This document shows positions 30,218-39,721 of a stretch of DNA of 64,000 nt, piece after piece. Made by a program: the position numbers and the translations under genes. The stretch is from assembly GCA_965226195.1 (NCBI GenBank), contig OZ245333.1, forward strand, positions 1,313,759 through 1,377,758. The letters run 5' to 3'. Positions within the stretch are counted from its first letter, which is position 1. Each line of letters opens with the position of its first letter. The notes beneath the pieces were generated by a model that was not told the DNA's origin, ran no database searches, and worked only from the letters and a program-made list of their open reading frames with translations. This DNA is from Oligoflexales bacterium. Its GTDB lineage: Bacteria > Bdellovibrionota_B > Oligoflexia > Oligoflexales > JAPPIL01.

Positions 30218-31357
30218 GTGCGAAAAATCTGGTTAGTTGTCGCGGTTTACTACTGCTTGCAAGGCTGTGACTTCCTATGTGAGCTTTCTCTAGGATGCCA
30301 TGAAAAAGAGATACCGCGAGACGAACCTTTTAAGGCAATTTTACAAACCGAAAAAATCAGCAAAGAAGTCGGAGAATTATTTAGCGTTGACATCAGCCTT
30401 GAAGACGAGGATGGCAAGCCTGTCAAGATCACGGAGGACATATCTCTATCGGGCAAGTATCGCCGCTATCTTTTCGTGACTGGCAAGGGGCAGCAACTTG
30501 AGCAACTATTAAGGGTGGAAGAGCCTGCGGACAGTAATTTCCGTGTTGGTTGGCGCGAGGGGGGGATATTCCTGCCAAGCCAACCCCCACCACGTCGTAA
30601 CGAAGGCAAGGTGATCGATAATGGCAAAACCGTTCGCTTTGAGAACCTCTTTCACCTAGAGAAGACATCGGCAACGCTTGTTGTCGATCGTTACCATAAA
30701 GGAAAACCTGTTACCGATGACTCTATCCCTTTTGAGATTGTCGATAACACCGGGGTTACGGTTGACTTTGCGCTAAGTCATGCCGACAGCATGGTCGTGG
30801 CAAAAATAACTGAGGGCGATACTAACCGTGATTATCTGCTGTACAGAATTTTATCCCTCGACGATGCAGTATATTATGCCGAAGTAGTAAAAAAAATCAC
30901 CCTCGATGCAGAGGGCAAGGGCGCGGTGATCTTTCCTGTTAAGCAACTGGATAGAAGCTGTCAAAAATCCTTCACAGTGCTACTCAAGGCTAGCGATGGC
31001 GATAACAGCCGTGTTGTCCACAGGGAAGTAGATATATCTCCATGTCTTGTGTCTGAAGATAACGGCACTATCAAAGCGACTGACGAAGGCTCATTGACTT
31101 TTACTGAGAGATCGTATTCGTCATGTAGCAGTGCAGATGCCAAAACGATAAGCTGGTCTTATGCTTATCGCAGTGACTACACTAAATTAAGCGAAGGAGG
31201 TACACTAGAGCGGGTAAATCCGAATGCGCGTACTGTCGATCTTGGCACAATTGCTGATTATGATAGCAGCGCATGTTATCTTGTGGTAGTATGGTCGGCA
31301 TGTCTTGGCGAAGTAGATTCACGTCCAACAAGGGGTAGAGTAGGTAATGGTTGTTAA
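30218..31357 (+). CDS. hypothetical lipoprotein, paralog A
   Basis: Lipobox CLQGC. It shares segments with the next gene (EKISKEVGELFSV vs KKIEQEAGQLFKL; LGTIADYDSSACYLVVV vs LGSIADYKPDELCYYIVV). Confidence 0.6.
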   Translation: MRKIWLVVAVYYCLQGCDFLCELSLGCHEKEIPRDEPFKAILQTEKISKEVGELFSVDISLEDEDGKPVKITEDISLSGKYRRYLFVTGKGQQLEQLLRVEEPADSNFRVGWREGGIFLPSQPPPRRNEGKVIDNGKTVRFENLFHLEKTSATLVVDRYHKGKPVTDDSIPFEIVDNTGVTVDFALSHADSMVVAKITEGDTNRDYLLYRILSLDDAVYYAEVVKKITLDAEGKGAVIFPVKQLDRSCQKSFTVLLKASDGDNSRVVHREVDISPCLVSEDNGTIKATDEGSLTFTERSYSSCSSADAKTISWSYAYRSDYTKLSEGGTLERVNPNARTVDLGTIADYDSSACYLVVVWSACLGEVDSRPTRGRVGNGC

Positions 31358-32441
31358 TGTGAAAATTTTAGTGCTTGCCGTTATGTGTGCTAGTTTGCTT
31401 TGCTTACAATCTTGTTCTAAGGGAAGCTATATCCCTATCTTTACCGTTAAAAAAATTGAGCAAGAGGCGGGGCAGTTATTTAAGCTTAAGACTACTGTAA
31501 AAGATGGCAAAGGTAAAGACGCTGAGCACAGAACGGGGTTTGATTTTATTCGTTTGCAATTAGAGCAAGATAGCAAAGAAACAGATTTTCGCTTACGACA
31601 GTGGGGCAACCACGATGATAACATAATTTTTAGTAACAGATATAAAACAATAACCCGCGACAATGGGGCAACCAGGCAATACAACAATCTCTACTATCTG
31701 CAAGCATTCAGTGGCACGTTGGTCGCAAGTGTCTTTGGTGTAACTTATAGTGGTAGCAACAAAAACAGCATCCCACTGAAGATTACTGCCAACAGAGGTA
31801 TCAAGGGTGTCTTTACCTTGAACGATGCTACCGACGAGTTGACCTTGCAGCTGAGCAACGCTGAGCCACTGCAACAGTACAAAATTGACTTGGCTAATAA
31901 CATCAATTATCTCGATTACGGCGTGGCAAAGATAGCAGACGCAGATGCCGACGGAAAAATTAACAGCAGTTGGACTTTGACGAGCAAGATTGACAAGCAA
32001 AAAGTTTGTGAAGCTGAATTTGCAGCCAAAGTTGCAAGTAATGATAGCGGCACAGATGATATACGCATCATCTCTACAGTGCTTGAATTTCCCTGTCTCA
32101 GGGAGCATGATCGTGACATAAGTGTTAACAACGATGGTTCGGTACTTTTTGGTGACAGAACGGCACAGATTAACTGCTACGGAGCATATTACAAAGAGGC
32201 GGAAGTGCGTTGGTCTTATGCTGAATACGACAAGTATCCCGCGGGCAAGACCGAGAATGGAGCTTACATATACATGGATCGCAAGAAGACCCAGTTAGGT
32301 AGCATTGCTGATTACAAGCCTGATGAACTTTGCTACTACATAGTGGTCAAGGGAAAATACAAGTGTTCTGAAAGGAATAGCAGTAGCGGTGGCAGCATTG
32401 GTGCCCGTGCCTTACACGGCAAGTGTGCGGCTACGCCTTAA
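31347..32441 (+). CDS. hypothetical lipoprotein, paralog B
   Basis: Lipobox LCLQSC. It overlaps paralog A by 11 nt and has a conserved Cys-containing C-terminal module. Confidence 0.6.
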   Translation: MVVNVKILVLAVMCASLLCLQSCSKGSYIPIFTVKKIEQEAGQLFKLKTTVKDGKGKDAEHRTGFDFIRLQLEQDSKETDFRLRQWGNHDDNIIFSNRYKTITRDNGATRQYNNLYYLQAFSGTLVASVFGVTYSGSNKNSIPLKITANRGIKGVFTLNDATDELTLQLSNAEPLQQYKIDLANNINYLDYGVAKIADADADGKINSSWTLTSKIDKQKVCEAEFAAKVASNDSGTDDIRIISTVLEFPCLREHDRDISVNNDGSVLFGDRTAQINCYGAYYKEAEVRWSYAEYDKYPAGKTENGAYIYMDRKKTQLGSIADYKPDELCYYIVVKGKYKCSERNSSSGGSIGARALHGKCAATP

Positions 32442-32579
32442 GCAGGACAGTGCTCCTAAATTTCAGTCACCGTTGTGCTATTTCTTGGTGATGGCCTGCA
32501 TGTTGGCAGCAGGCTGTTTCGGCAAGGTGTATATCTATATTAGATGCAGGGATTTGGTTATTGAGACATCAATTCCTAA

Positions 32580-34343
32580 TCACTGTCGATATCCGTCCCT
32601 GAGTCTGCTCATAGGGGTGTAGCGCATCAGGCACTCATAAATTAGCAACATAGCTCCCAGTGTTACGAGAATCGTCATGATGTATTTGATGTCCGCTGGC
32701 AATATCCAGGTTCGCATTGTCTTCTGTAGTAAAATTACTAGAGGTGGGTGAAAAAGAAACAGCCAATAGGCGTTGTCAGAGATGTAATTCCATATCTTAC
32801 TTTCATCACTTATCATATGACGGAAGAGACCAATCACGGCAAATACCATCACCCATGTGAATGTTGCTTGCATAGCTACCGAAATCAGATATTGCATTTC
32901 GGATAGGTGCAGCCCAAATCCTGGTACTGGAAACGCAAAACGCAAAATACCGATGGTCATACCGATGGGAAAAATAAGCAGCAAACCCAATAGCAACGCT
33001 ATCACCCAGTGTTTTCCTAATTTGCCGCTATTATCATCGCAATCGTAGTAGACGACACCGAAGAAGAAAAAGATACTATAGTAGAAAAGAACATGTGCTG
33101 GAGGAAAGATGGCTGTCGCATGGTCAGGGCCAAAGCCGGCCATTGTTCCTTGTGCTGCCATGAACCACTGGGGAATCATGGTCAGAGGTATTAACCACAG
33201 ATAGCGATAGGGAGATAGCACCATCTTCTTTGCTATCCCTGTCCCCTTCCACCGACCAGCAATTGCAGCATAGAGAACAAAAAAAGGCATCAGTAAGCAG
33301 ACAAACCATAAGAACCAGATGTGATAGAGAGTTTCCTTCTCTGCCAGTACATACCACACATCCTTTTCTCTGGGTTCACCCTCACTGGCCGTAGCATGTT
33401 CACTATCCTCTGCTAGTGGTGGCGGTATCTTGCCACTAGCTTCATGCTGAACTAAAAGTTCAGCTACGTTTACCCAGCCCAGATGAATCTCTCTTAAATC
33501 AATGACAAGCTGCCACTCTCTGATCTTATTAAGCGTATTTTTCCAGCCAAATTGGGCGCGCTGCAACGGTGTTTCACCGTTGTCATCTTTGGCAACAACG
33601 TTAGCACCTCTTCGTATGAGAAGCTCTGCAACTCTGTCTTGACCCATAGAGGCAGCCTCGTGCAGAGCTGTGCCACCATCGTTGTTTTCACTGTCTATCC
33701 TCGCGCCTATCTTGAGAAGATGGTGGACAACTTTAACCTTATCGGCTGCCGCCGCCCACGTTAGGGGAGTGAGGCCATTTTGGGGATCGGGTGCGTCGAT
33801 GTCCACCCCCTTAGCTAGATGTGTATTAATTTTTTCCACATCCCCATTTCTTGCCGCACACCAGATACTTGTTGCAGAGGCTTCAGGAGATACACAGATA
33901 GGGTTATTACCTCTATCTTGTTGAGCCAGTGACCTTATCGCATTCATGTAGAGCCAGGTCGAAAGTGGAACAATCGTAGCAAATGTCAGTAAAAAGGGTA
34001 GCAGTAGGTGACGAAACCTGTGCCGTAGCATTGCCGTTAATCCCAACCTACGCCATAACCTTGCGGTAAAAAAACCACTGGTAAGGAAGAACGTTTGCAT
34101 CAAAAAGCCACTCCCCATTATGAAGGGAATGACGTACCAAATACTCCTTTGTGTATCTTGAACGGGCCAGGCTGAGTCAAAAAATGGCAAAGAGCCAAAC
34201 TGAGCCAAAACCATCAACATGGCGATGGCACGCAGGGCATACAGGTCACGACGGAAAATGGGAGCTGGTGTTTGCACTCCTGAATAGTAGCAATTTTTGC
34301 AAATAGAGTCTATAACTACTGCAACTTCAATATGGTGTGCCAC
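32580..34343 (-). CDS. acyltransferase-3 family membrane protein with an inserted ankyrin-repeat block
   Basis: N-terminus FRRDLYALRAIAMLMVLAQFG and later HIWFLWFV are typical of the Acyl_transf_3 family. Residues of about 150-300 carry 3-4 ANK repeats (NGLTPLTWAAAADKVKVVHHLLKIGARID..DGGTALHEAA..). Confidence 0.65.
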   Translation of the reverse strand: MAHHIEVAVVIDSICKNCYYSGVQTPAPIFRRDLYALRAIAMLMVLAQFGSLPFFDSAWPVQDTQRSIWYVIPFIMGSGFLMQTFFLTSGFFTARLWRRLGLTAMLRHRFRHLLLPFLLTFATIVPLSTWLYMNAIRSLAQQDRGNNPICVSPEASATSIWCAARNGDVEKINTHLAKGVDIDAPDPQNGLTPLTWAAAADKVKVVHHLLKIGARIDSENNDGGTALHEAASMGQDRVAELLIRRGANVVAKDDNGETPLQRAQFGWKNTLNKIREWQLVIDLREIHLGWVNVAELLVQHEASGKIPPPLAEDSEHATASEGEPREKDVWYVLAEKETLYHIWFLWFVCLLMPFFVLYAAIAGRWKGTGIAKKMVLSPYRYLWLIPLTMIPQWFMAAQGTMAGFGPDHATAIFPPAHVLFYYSIFFFFGVVYYDCDDNSGKLGKHWVIALLLGLLLIFPIGMTIGILRFAFPVPGFGLHLSEMQYLISVAMQATFTWVMVFAVIGLFRHMISDESKIWNYISDNAYWLFLFHPPLVILLQKTMRTWILPADIKYIMTILVTLGAMLLIYECLMRYTPMSRLRDGYRQ

Positions 34344-34426
34344 GGAAAATTCAAGCGGAGGGTATTATCGGCGAATGGTAGATAGGATGCAGCAACCACA
34401 AGCACTTAAGGCGTAAACGTTGGTTG

Positions 34427-34455
34427 CCTATAGCTTAGGCCGGAGAAGTTTGCAA
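34427..34455 (-). promoter_or_regulatory. second copy of the conserved promoter block
   Basis: CCTATAGCTTAGGCCGGAGAAGTTTGCAA vs 30112 TCTATAGCTTAAGTGGGAGAAGTTTGCAA. It lies about 85 nt upstream of the minus-strand gene start at 34343. Confidence 0.4.
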
Positions 34456-34577
34456 AGGTGAGCATGATGTGTTGTAGGATGAGCTTGCTGTCGTTACCAC
34501 GTGTTATGTAGAAAAATGTGGCAGAACAAAAACAGGGGCAAGCGCGATCGCCAGACCCTGTTTTGTGCGGTCAAACG

Positions 34578-35114
34578 CTACAGCTTGGCTGGATCAACCT
34601 TGCCGTCTCTGAACAGGCGTAGCCACACTAGTGTTTCTTTCCTGTCAGGGCGATCGCTGATGTCATTTTTGTAGACCTTGTAAGCTGTCGCCAGCCACTC
34701 CTCGTAATTTTGAGTAGTGAAGCCTTTGCCACTTGTAGTAGCAGCGAGTTTGGCGATTAGCTTGATCGATTCAACTTGTGCGTAGCGAATCGCATCGTAA
34801 GCAGCCGCGTCGAGGCTAATAGCCCCGTTGCGATAGGCCAGACCGATGAGGGCGCGACTGCCGCGTGCCGCACCAACCTTCAGCACAAACTCCAAGAATT
34901 TCCGCTCTATCATAGACGGTTCACCGGGAGAGCTTTCGGCAATGGCACTGGCAACTTGCTCGGTCAAACCACAGCACGTGCCGCCACTCTCCTCTAGTTC
35001 TACGATCATTTTGCCCAACGACTGGCGCGACACCTCAACCTGATCACTGCTCGCAAAGCCTAACGCGGTTGACAACAACAGGACTACAGCACCTGCAACA
35101 ACAAGAAAACGCAT
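34578..35114 (-). CDS. hypothetical secreted protein
   Basis: Signal peptide MRFLVVAGAVVLLLSTALGFA. No recognisable domain. Confidence 0.5.
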   Translation of the reverse strand: MRFLVVAGAVVLLLSTALGFASSDQVEVSRQSLGKMIVELEESGGTCCGLTEQVASAIAESSPGEPSMIERKFLEFVLKVGAARGSRALIGLAYRNGAISLDAAAYDAIRYAQVESIKLIAKLAATTSGKGFTTQNYEEWLATAYKVYKNDISDRPDRKETLVWLRLFRDGKVDPAKL

Positions 35115-35279
35115 TGAACACCTCAAAAAAAAGATGGTTGAATATTATGTTACACGGTACTAAAAAACAATCTTACAGTCAAGTTCTTTTCAAGTTTTTC
35201 TTGTTGACTGTCGTTTTTTTTTGCTATGAATTGCCGTGTTGTTTGTTGATTTTTTTTAATTTTTTTTGAGGTATTCAGC

Positions 35280-35885
35280 ATGAAAGGTTCAGCTATGCAT
35301 ATCATAATTGTCCTGCTGTGTGCGTTGTTGTTTGCTTCTGTGCATGAGGCAGAGGTTCAGGGATCAGCTGGAGCGGTGCGGGCACGGCTCAGTGCTCGTG
35401 TCGGCAAGGTGAAGAATTTTTTCAAACCCACTGCCGACAAGCTGCTGCCCCTGCGTAAAGGTGCGACTAGTGCGATGTTCGCCGCGTTAATTTATGCTAG
35501 TGGCATGTTGCCCACTACGGCGGTGGCACAAGATTCGCCTATTCAGTATCAGCAGCGCGATAACGAGATGGTCATCTTACGTCAAAATGATGATGAAAGG
35601 CTACTCATGCCTGTGCAAAGTTGGCTACCGCTGGAAGAAACTCTTACCGTCAAGGCACTTATCGTCTCCCCAACTCTAGTGCGTAATTTGGCTCAAACCT
35701 TGACCGAATTAGTTGATGAGGATGACGGTGATGAGTTGGTAGTTAGCAGGATGTTGCGCTATTGGGATGCTCATCTTGGCTCACGAGGAGTAAATTTGCG
35801 TACCGCGGTGGAAGCCGTGCAACTTGCGCACAAGGAGGGACAACTTGCAACACGGTACGATAGACTACGAAGGCTATCCGATTGA
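35280..35885 (+). CDS. hypothetical secreted protein
   Basis: Signal-like N-terminus MHIIIVLLCALLFASVHEA. No recognisable domain. Confidence 0.5.
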   Translation: MKGSAMHIIIVLLCALLFASVHEAEVQGSAGAVRARLSARVGKVKNFFKPTADKLLPLRKGATSAMFAALIYASGMLPTTAVAQDSPIQYQQRDNEMVILRQNDDERLLMPVQSWLPLEETLTVKALIVSPTLVRNLAQTLTELVDEDDGDELVVSRMLRYWDAHLGSRGVNLRTAVEAVQLAHKEGQLATRYDRLRRLSD

Positions 35886-36921
35886 GGTACTAGAACAGCG
35901 GCTTGCATTGCTTACTCTCGCAGAGTTGACTGCAAGTTTGAATGCTGCTTTGGTAGGTGAGAACGGCTATTCGGGTGTTAGCTATTATGCTGCGTCCCGT
36001 ATCATTGATCGCTACATCGAAAGTGGTTACGTGATGGTAGAGATGGACGACAGCGGGCGTGTCAAGATGGTACATCCGCACTTGTACAACCACAGTCCTG
36101 AAGGTAGACTCATTAGTGCAAAAACAGGCAAGAGCCATTTACCCATATGGCGAACAAGCTACGATAGAATAATGAACATTGCTATTGTTAACGATCACGA
36201 CGGTGTTTTGAGTATGCTGCTTAGTGTGATCAGCAGCAAGTACTACGATCCGCATCAACATCTGGCAACAGCAGCGAAGTTGGGTCGCATCCAGATGGTA
36301 AAGGCACTGCTGACGGAGGTGCAAGAGCGTCGCAACTATGCCTTGTCTGCAGCAGCGCATAACGGAAATCTAGCGAGGGTCATGGTTCATCTGGCAAGCG
36401 GAGCTGATGACCTCAATTGGGCACTGACCGAGGCAGTAGGATCACATGAGAGAGATGTCGTAGATTTTCTCGTTGCCCTTGGTGCTGATAATTTCAATAA
36501 AGGCCTAGAAGCGGCTGCGGTATACCACAACCTTGAAGAAGCGGAGCGTTTCATCAAGCTTGGGGCTGATAATTTCGATGAAGCACTGCAGGAAATGCTG
36601 GAATATACTCCTTCTGCTGATAAGGTGGCAGAATTGTTGATCGTGAGAGCCACCGCCCTCGATGCTGCACTGCAAGCGCTGCTGCAATCTGAAGCTGTGT
36701 ATAATGCCGGTGGCGACTTGGTGGGTGATGAAGAGGCTTTGGTGCGCATGCTGATCAGGGCTGGTGCTGATGATCTCAAGGGGATACTAGATTATTTGCA
36801 TAGCGACGACATGGATTACATGGATTACGACTCAAAGATGAGGCTGGAGAAGGATTTATTGCTAATATTTGCGGCGGGAAGACCGCAGCAAAATCCTGCA
36901 CAATTGCCGCTACAGCATTAA
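35845..36921 (+). CDS. ankyrin-repeat protein
   Basis: The TTG at 35845 lies 6 nt after AGGAGGGA. Several ANK-like repeats are present (AAKLGRIQMVKALL, AAHNGNLARVMVHLASGADD, LVALGADNF, IKLGADNF). Confidence 0.65.
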   Translation: MQHGTIDYEGYPIEVLEQRLALLTLAELTASLNAALVGENGYSGVSYYAASRIIDRYIESGYVMVEMDDSGRVKMVHPHLYNHSPEGRLISAKTGKSHLPIWRTSYDRIMNIAIVNDHDGVLSMLLSVISSKYYDPHQHLATAAKLGRIQMVKALLTEVQERRNYALSAAAHNGNLARVMVHLASGADDLNWALTEAVGSHERDVVDFLVALGADNFNKGLEAAAVYHNLEEAERFIKLGADNFDEALQEMLEYTPSADKVAELLIVRATALDAALQALLQSEAVYNAGGDLVGDEEALVRMLIRAGADDLKGILDYLHSDDMDYMDYDSKMRLEKDLLLIFAAGRPQQNPAQLPLQH

Positions 36922-36943
36922 CGTATGTGTGGAACACGGCGGT

Positions 36944-37264
36944 TCAATAACCGCCGTGTTTGCCGCGCAGCACACTGCCAACAAGTTGGCAGCAGCATAC
37001 GAACAGAAAAAACACCGCGGCCAGCACAAGTGCTAACAACAGCAATGGCAACACCACCAACAGCAGTGCGGCTAACAGTCCTTTTTCGATGGTGAGGACA
37101 CGTGCTGCCACTGGTCTGCACCAGCGTTGATGCTCCTGCTCGACACGAATGCGCTGTTCCTGTTGTTGCGTGGCACGGCGCTGTTCCTCGAATTCGTCCT
37201 TTACACCCACAACCTGTGACATTAACTTTGCCCTATTCAAACGTAATCCATGCCATTCTAGCAA
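36944..37264 (-). CDS. possible small tail-anchored membrane protein
   Basis: A Gln/Glu-rich N-terminus followed by one long hydrophobic segment. There is no RBS or homology support. Confidence 0.3.
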   Translation of the reverse strand: MLEWHGLRLNRAKLMSQVVGVKDEFEEQRRATQQQEQRIRVEQEHQRWCRPVAARVLTIEKGLLAALLLVVLPLLLLALVLAAVFFLFVCCCQLVGSVLRGKHGGY

Positions 37265-37311
37265 AATGTTCCGTTCCTTTCTAGCCTGTGTTGTGGCAAA
37301 ACTGTGTTGTG

Positions 37312-39528
37312 ATGGTTGGCAGCGGTGTGCTTGTGTCAGAAAAATTTCCTCTTCAACCTCCCCTGTCTGTGGCGGAGTTGCCGCAGGTGGCAGAGATGCA
37401 CAATCTCGCTGCCGACGATGTTGCTCGTATCAAAGCTTTGCTGCAACGCACCCCGACGCTGACCGAGCTTGCCATCTTTGGTGCGCTGTGGAGCGAGCAC
37501 TGTAGCTACAAGTCAACCCGCGCCTTACTGCGCAAGTTACCCCGTGAAGGCACAAATGTCGTCGTCGGCCCAGGTGAGAATGCAGGGGCGGTTTTATTTG
37601 AGAATGATCTCTGTCTCGTGTTCAAGATGGAGAGCCACAACCATCCGACCTACATCGATCCTTTCAACGGCGCGGCAACTGGTGTTGGTGGTATCATGCG
37701 CGATATATTTTGCATGGGCGCACGGCCGATCGCTAACTTTAATGCCTTGCGCTTTGCTCCCGACCATCGCACTCACCTGTTGCCCACCGCCGTCAGAGGC
37801 ATCAGTGCTTACGGCAACTGTGTTGGTGTGCCAACCGCAGGTGGCAACGTAGCCCTCGATCCGCGTTACGCGGGCAACTGTCTGGTCAATGTCATGACAC
37901 TCGGTGTCTGCCGCCAGCAAGAATTGCATTTTGCTCAAGCGGGCAAGAGTGGCAACCTTGTCGTCTATCTCGGCGCAAAGACAGGACGTGATGGTATACG
38001 TGGCGCAAGTATGGCTTCGCAGAATTTCGCTGACGGAGAACAAGAACGCGGTTGTGTGCAGGTCGGCGATCCTTTTCTGGAAAAACTCCTGCTGGAAGCA
38101 ACACTCGAACTGCTGCAGCAAGACCTGCTGGTCGGGTTGCAGGACATGGGCGCGGCGGGGTTAACTTCCTCTGCGTTTGAAATTGCTACCCGCGCGGACA
38201 AAGGCATGCAACTCAATCTCGACCATGTCCCCTTACGCACCGATGCTATGCGCAGCGACGAGATTATGCTGTCCGAAGCACAAGAACGCATGCTACTGAT
38301 CGTGCCGCAGCAAAACTACTCGCAAGTCGAAGCTATCTGCCACAAGTGGTTGCTTGACGTGGCCGTCATTGGGAAAATTACCGCGTCGCCATGCATGGAA
38401 ATTTTTTTTCAGCAACAAACCGTCGCGTGTATTCCGCTCGTTAAAGAACAGATTGAAGCTCCGTTACAACAGCATCGGCAAACGCCGCGTCACCTGTCCC
38501 TTACCACTGATGCTACGGCACAGTTGAACGTACGGTTGCGAGAGCGTGGGATCGCAGCGGTCTGGCAAGCGTTGCAAAACGAACAGCCCGACCAGCAGGA
38601 AATTTACGAACAGTTCGATCGTAGCATCGGGCAACGCACGGTGCGCACCTCGGAAGACGGCGGTGCGACGGTATTGTGGTTGCGCGATTGGGGGCTGCAA
38701 AACCAGCATCGCGGTGTGGCGGTAGCGACGGCAGCACTCGAAGACCTGTGTTATCTTGATCCCCGACACGGTGCAGAACAGACGGTGATGAAGACCGCCC
38801 GCATGCTCTATGCCTTTGGTGCTGAGCCGTTGGGCATGACCGACTGCCTCAACTTCGGCGACCCGCAGCAACCGGAAGTTATGTGGGAACTCGCCGCCTG
38901 CATTGACGGCATTGCCGCCGCTGCTCGTGAATTAGCAGTGCCAGTGGTAAGTGGCAACGTCAGCCTCTACAACGCCAACAACGGTCACAGTATTCCGCCC
39001 ACACCGATGATCGGCTTGGTTGGTAAAATTGACGACATTAGCACCATGCCCGCCGCAGTCTGCACAAGTGAGTGCCTCCTCTATTTGCTCCAGCCCGATG
39101 CACCACCCGCACCATTGCCTTCAGCCGCGTTGCGGCACGTACTCGAACTCTCTGCGCTGCACGTTGCCGTGCCCGCGGTGAACTGGACGCAAGAACGTGC
39201 CGTTGCCGTGTTGCTCAAGCAAATGCTGGCACGCGGGCTGCTCGTCGCCGTGCGCGATATTTCCTCTCGCGGCTTGCTGCCAACGCTGGCGGCAATGCTG
39301 GCCGCACAAGATTTATCGGCAGACATCACCGCCGACCCTGCCGACGATCTGTTGTGGTATTTCAGCATGCTGCCGTGTGCATATCTGCTTGCTGTGCCGC
39401 AGAACAAGGGCACGGCGTTGACAGAGATCTCCTTGCCACAAGGCATGCAGTTAATTGCACTGGGAAAAGTACAGCGCGGGCGTGAGTATCTTTTGTGCGG
39501 CAACGGTTGGCGGGTGGAGTCTGTTTAG
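37312..39528 (+). CDS. purL: phosphoribosylformylglycinamidine synthase subunit PurL (FGAM synthase II)
   Basis: FGALWSEHCSYKST, ESHNHPTYIDPFNGAATGVGGIMRDI. The exact start is uncertain (37288-37400). Confidence 0.93.
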   Translation: MVGSGVLVSEKFPLQPPLSVAELPQVAEMHNLAADDVARIKALLQRTPTLTELAIFGALWSEHCSYKSTRALLRKLPREGTNVVVGPGENAGAVLFENDLCLVFKMESHNHPTYIDPFNGAATGVGGIMRDIFCMGARPIANFNALRFAPDHRTHLLPTAVRGISAYGNCVGVPTAGGNVALDPRYAGNCLVNVMTLGVCRQQELHFAQAGKSGNLVVYLGAKTGRDGIRGASMASQNFADGEQERGCVQVGDPFLEKLLLEATLELLQQDLLVGLQDMGAAGLTSSAFEIATRADKGMQLNLDHVPLRTDAMRSDEIMLSEAQERMLLIVPQQNYSQVEAICHKWLLDVAVIGKITASPCMEIFFQQQTVACIPLVKEQIEAPLQQHRQTPRHLSLTTDATAQLNVRLRERGIAAVWQALQNEQPDQQEIYEQFDRSIGQRTVRTSEDGGATVLWLRDWGLQNQHRGVAVATAALEDLCYLDPRHGAEQTVMKTARMLYAFGAEPLGMTDCLNFGDPQQPEVMWELAACIDGIAAAARELAVPVVSGNVSLYNANNGHSIPPTPMIGLVGKIDDISTMPAAVCTSECLLYLLQPDAPPAPLPSAALRHVLELSALHVAVPAVNWTQERAVAVLLKQMLARGLLVAVRDISSRGLLPTLAAMLAAQDLSADITADPADDLLWYFSMLPCAYLLAVPQNKGTALTEISLPQGMQLIALGKVQRGREYLLCGNGWRVESV

Positions 39529-39561
39529 GTTTCTCTGTGAAGCAGAGAAACCTAAACAGAC
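39519..39561. repeat. perfect 19-bp-stem hairpin spanning the purL stop codon
   Basis: GTCTGTTTAGGTTTCTCTG-tgaag-CAGAGAAACCTAAACAGAC. There is no U-tract on either side. Confidence 0.85.
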
Positions 39562-39721
39562 AAGATATAACCCAAGCCAGCATTGGTATATTGGTGCTGA
39601 ACTTTCCCTCCTCCCTAATATGGGGTACGGTCGTCGGGCAAAGGGTCAGCACCAATATCTCCGCCTTATAGTGTATGTATGTATGTTGGTTTATTTTTAT
39701 ACGATGTTGTGTGTTTTTTAG

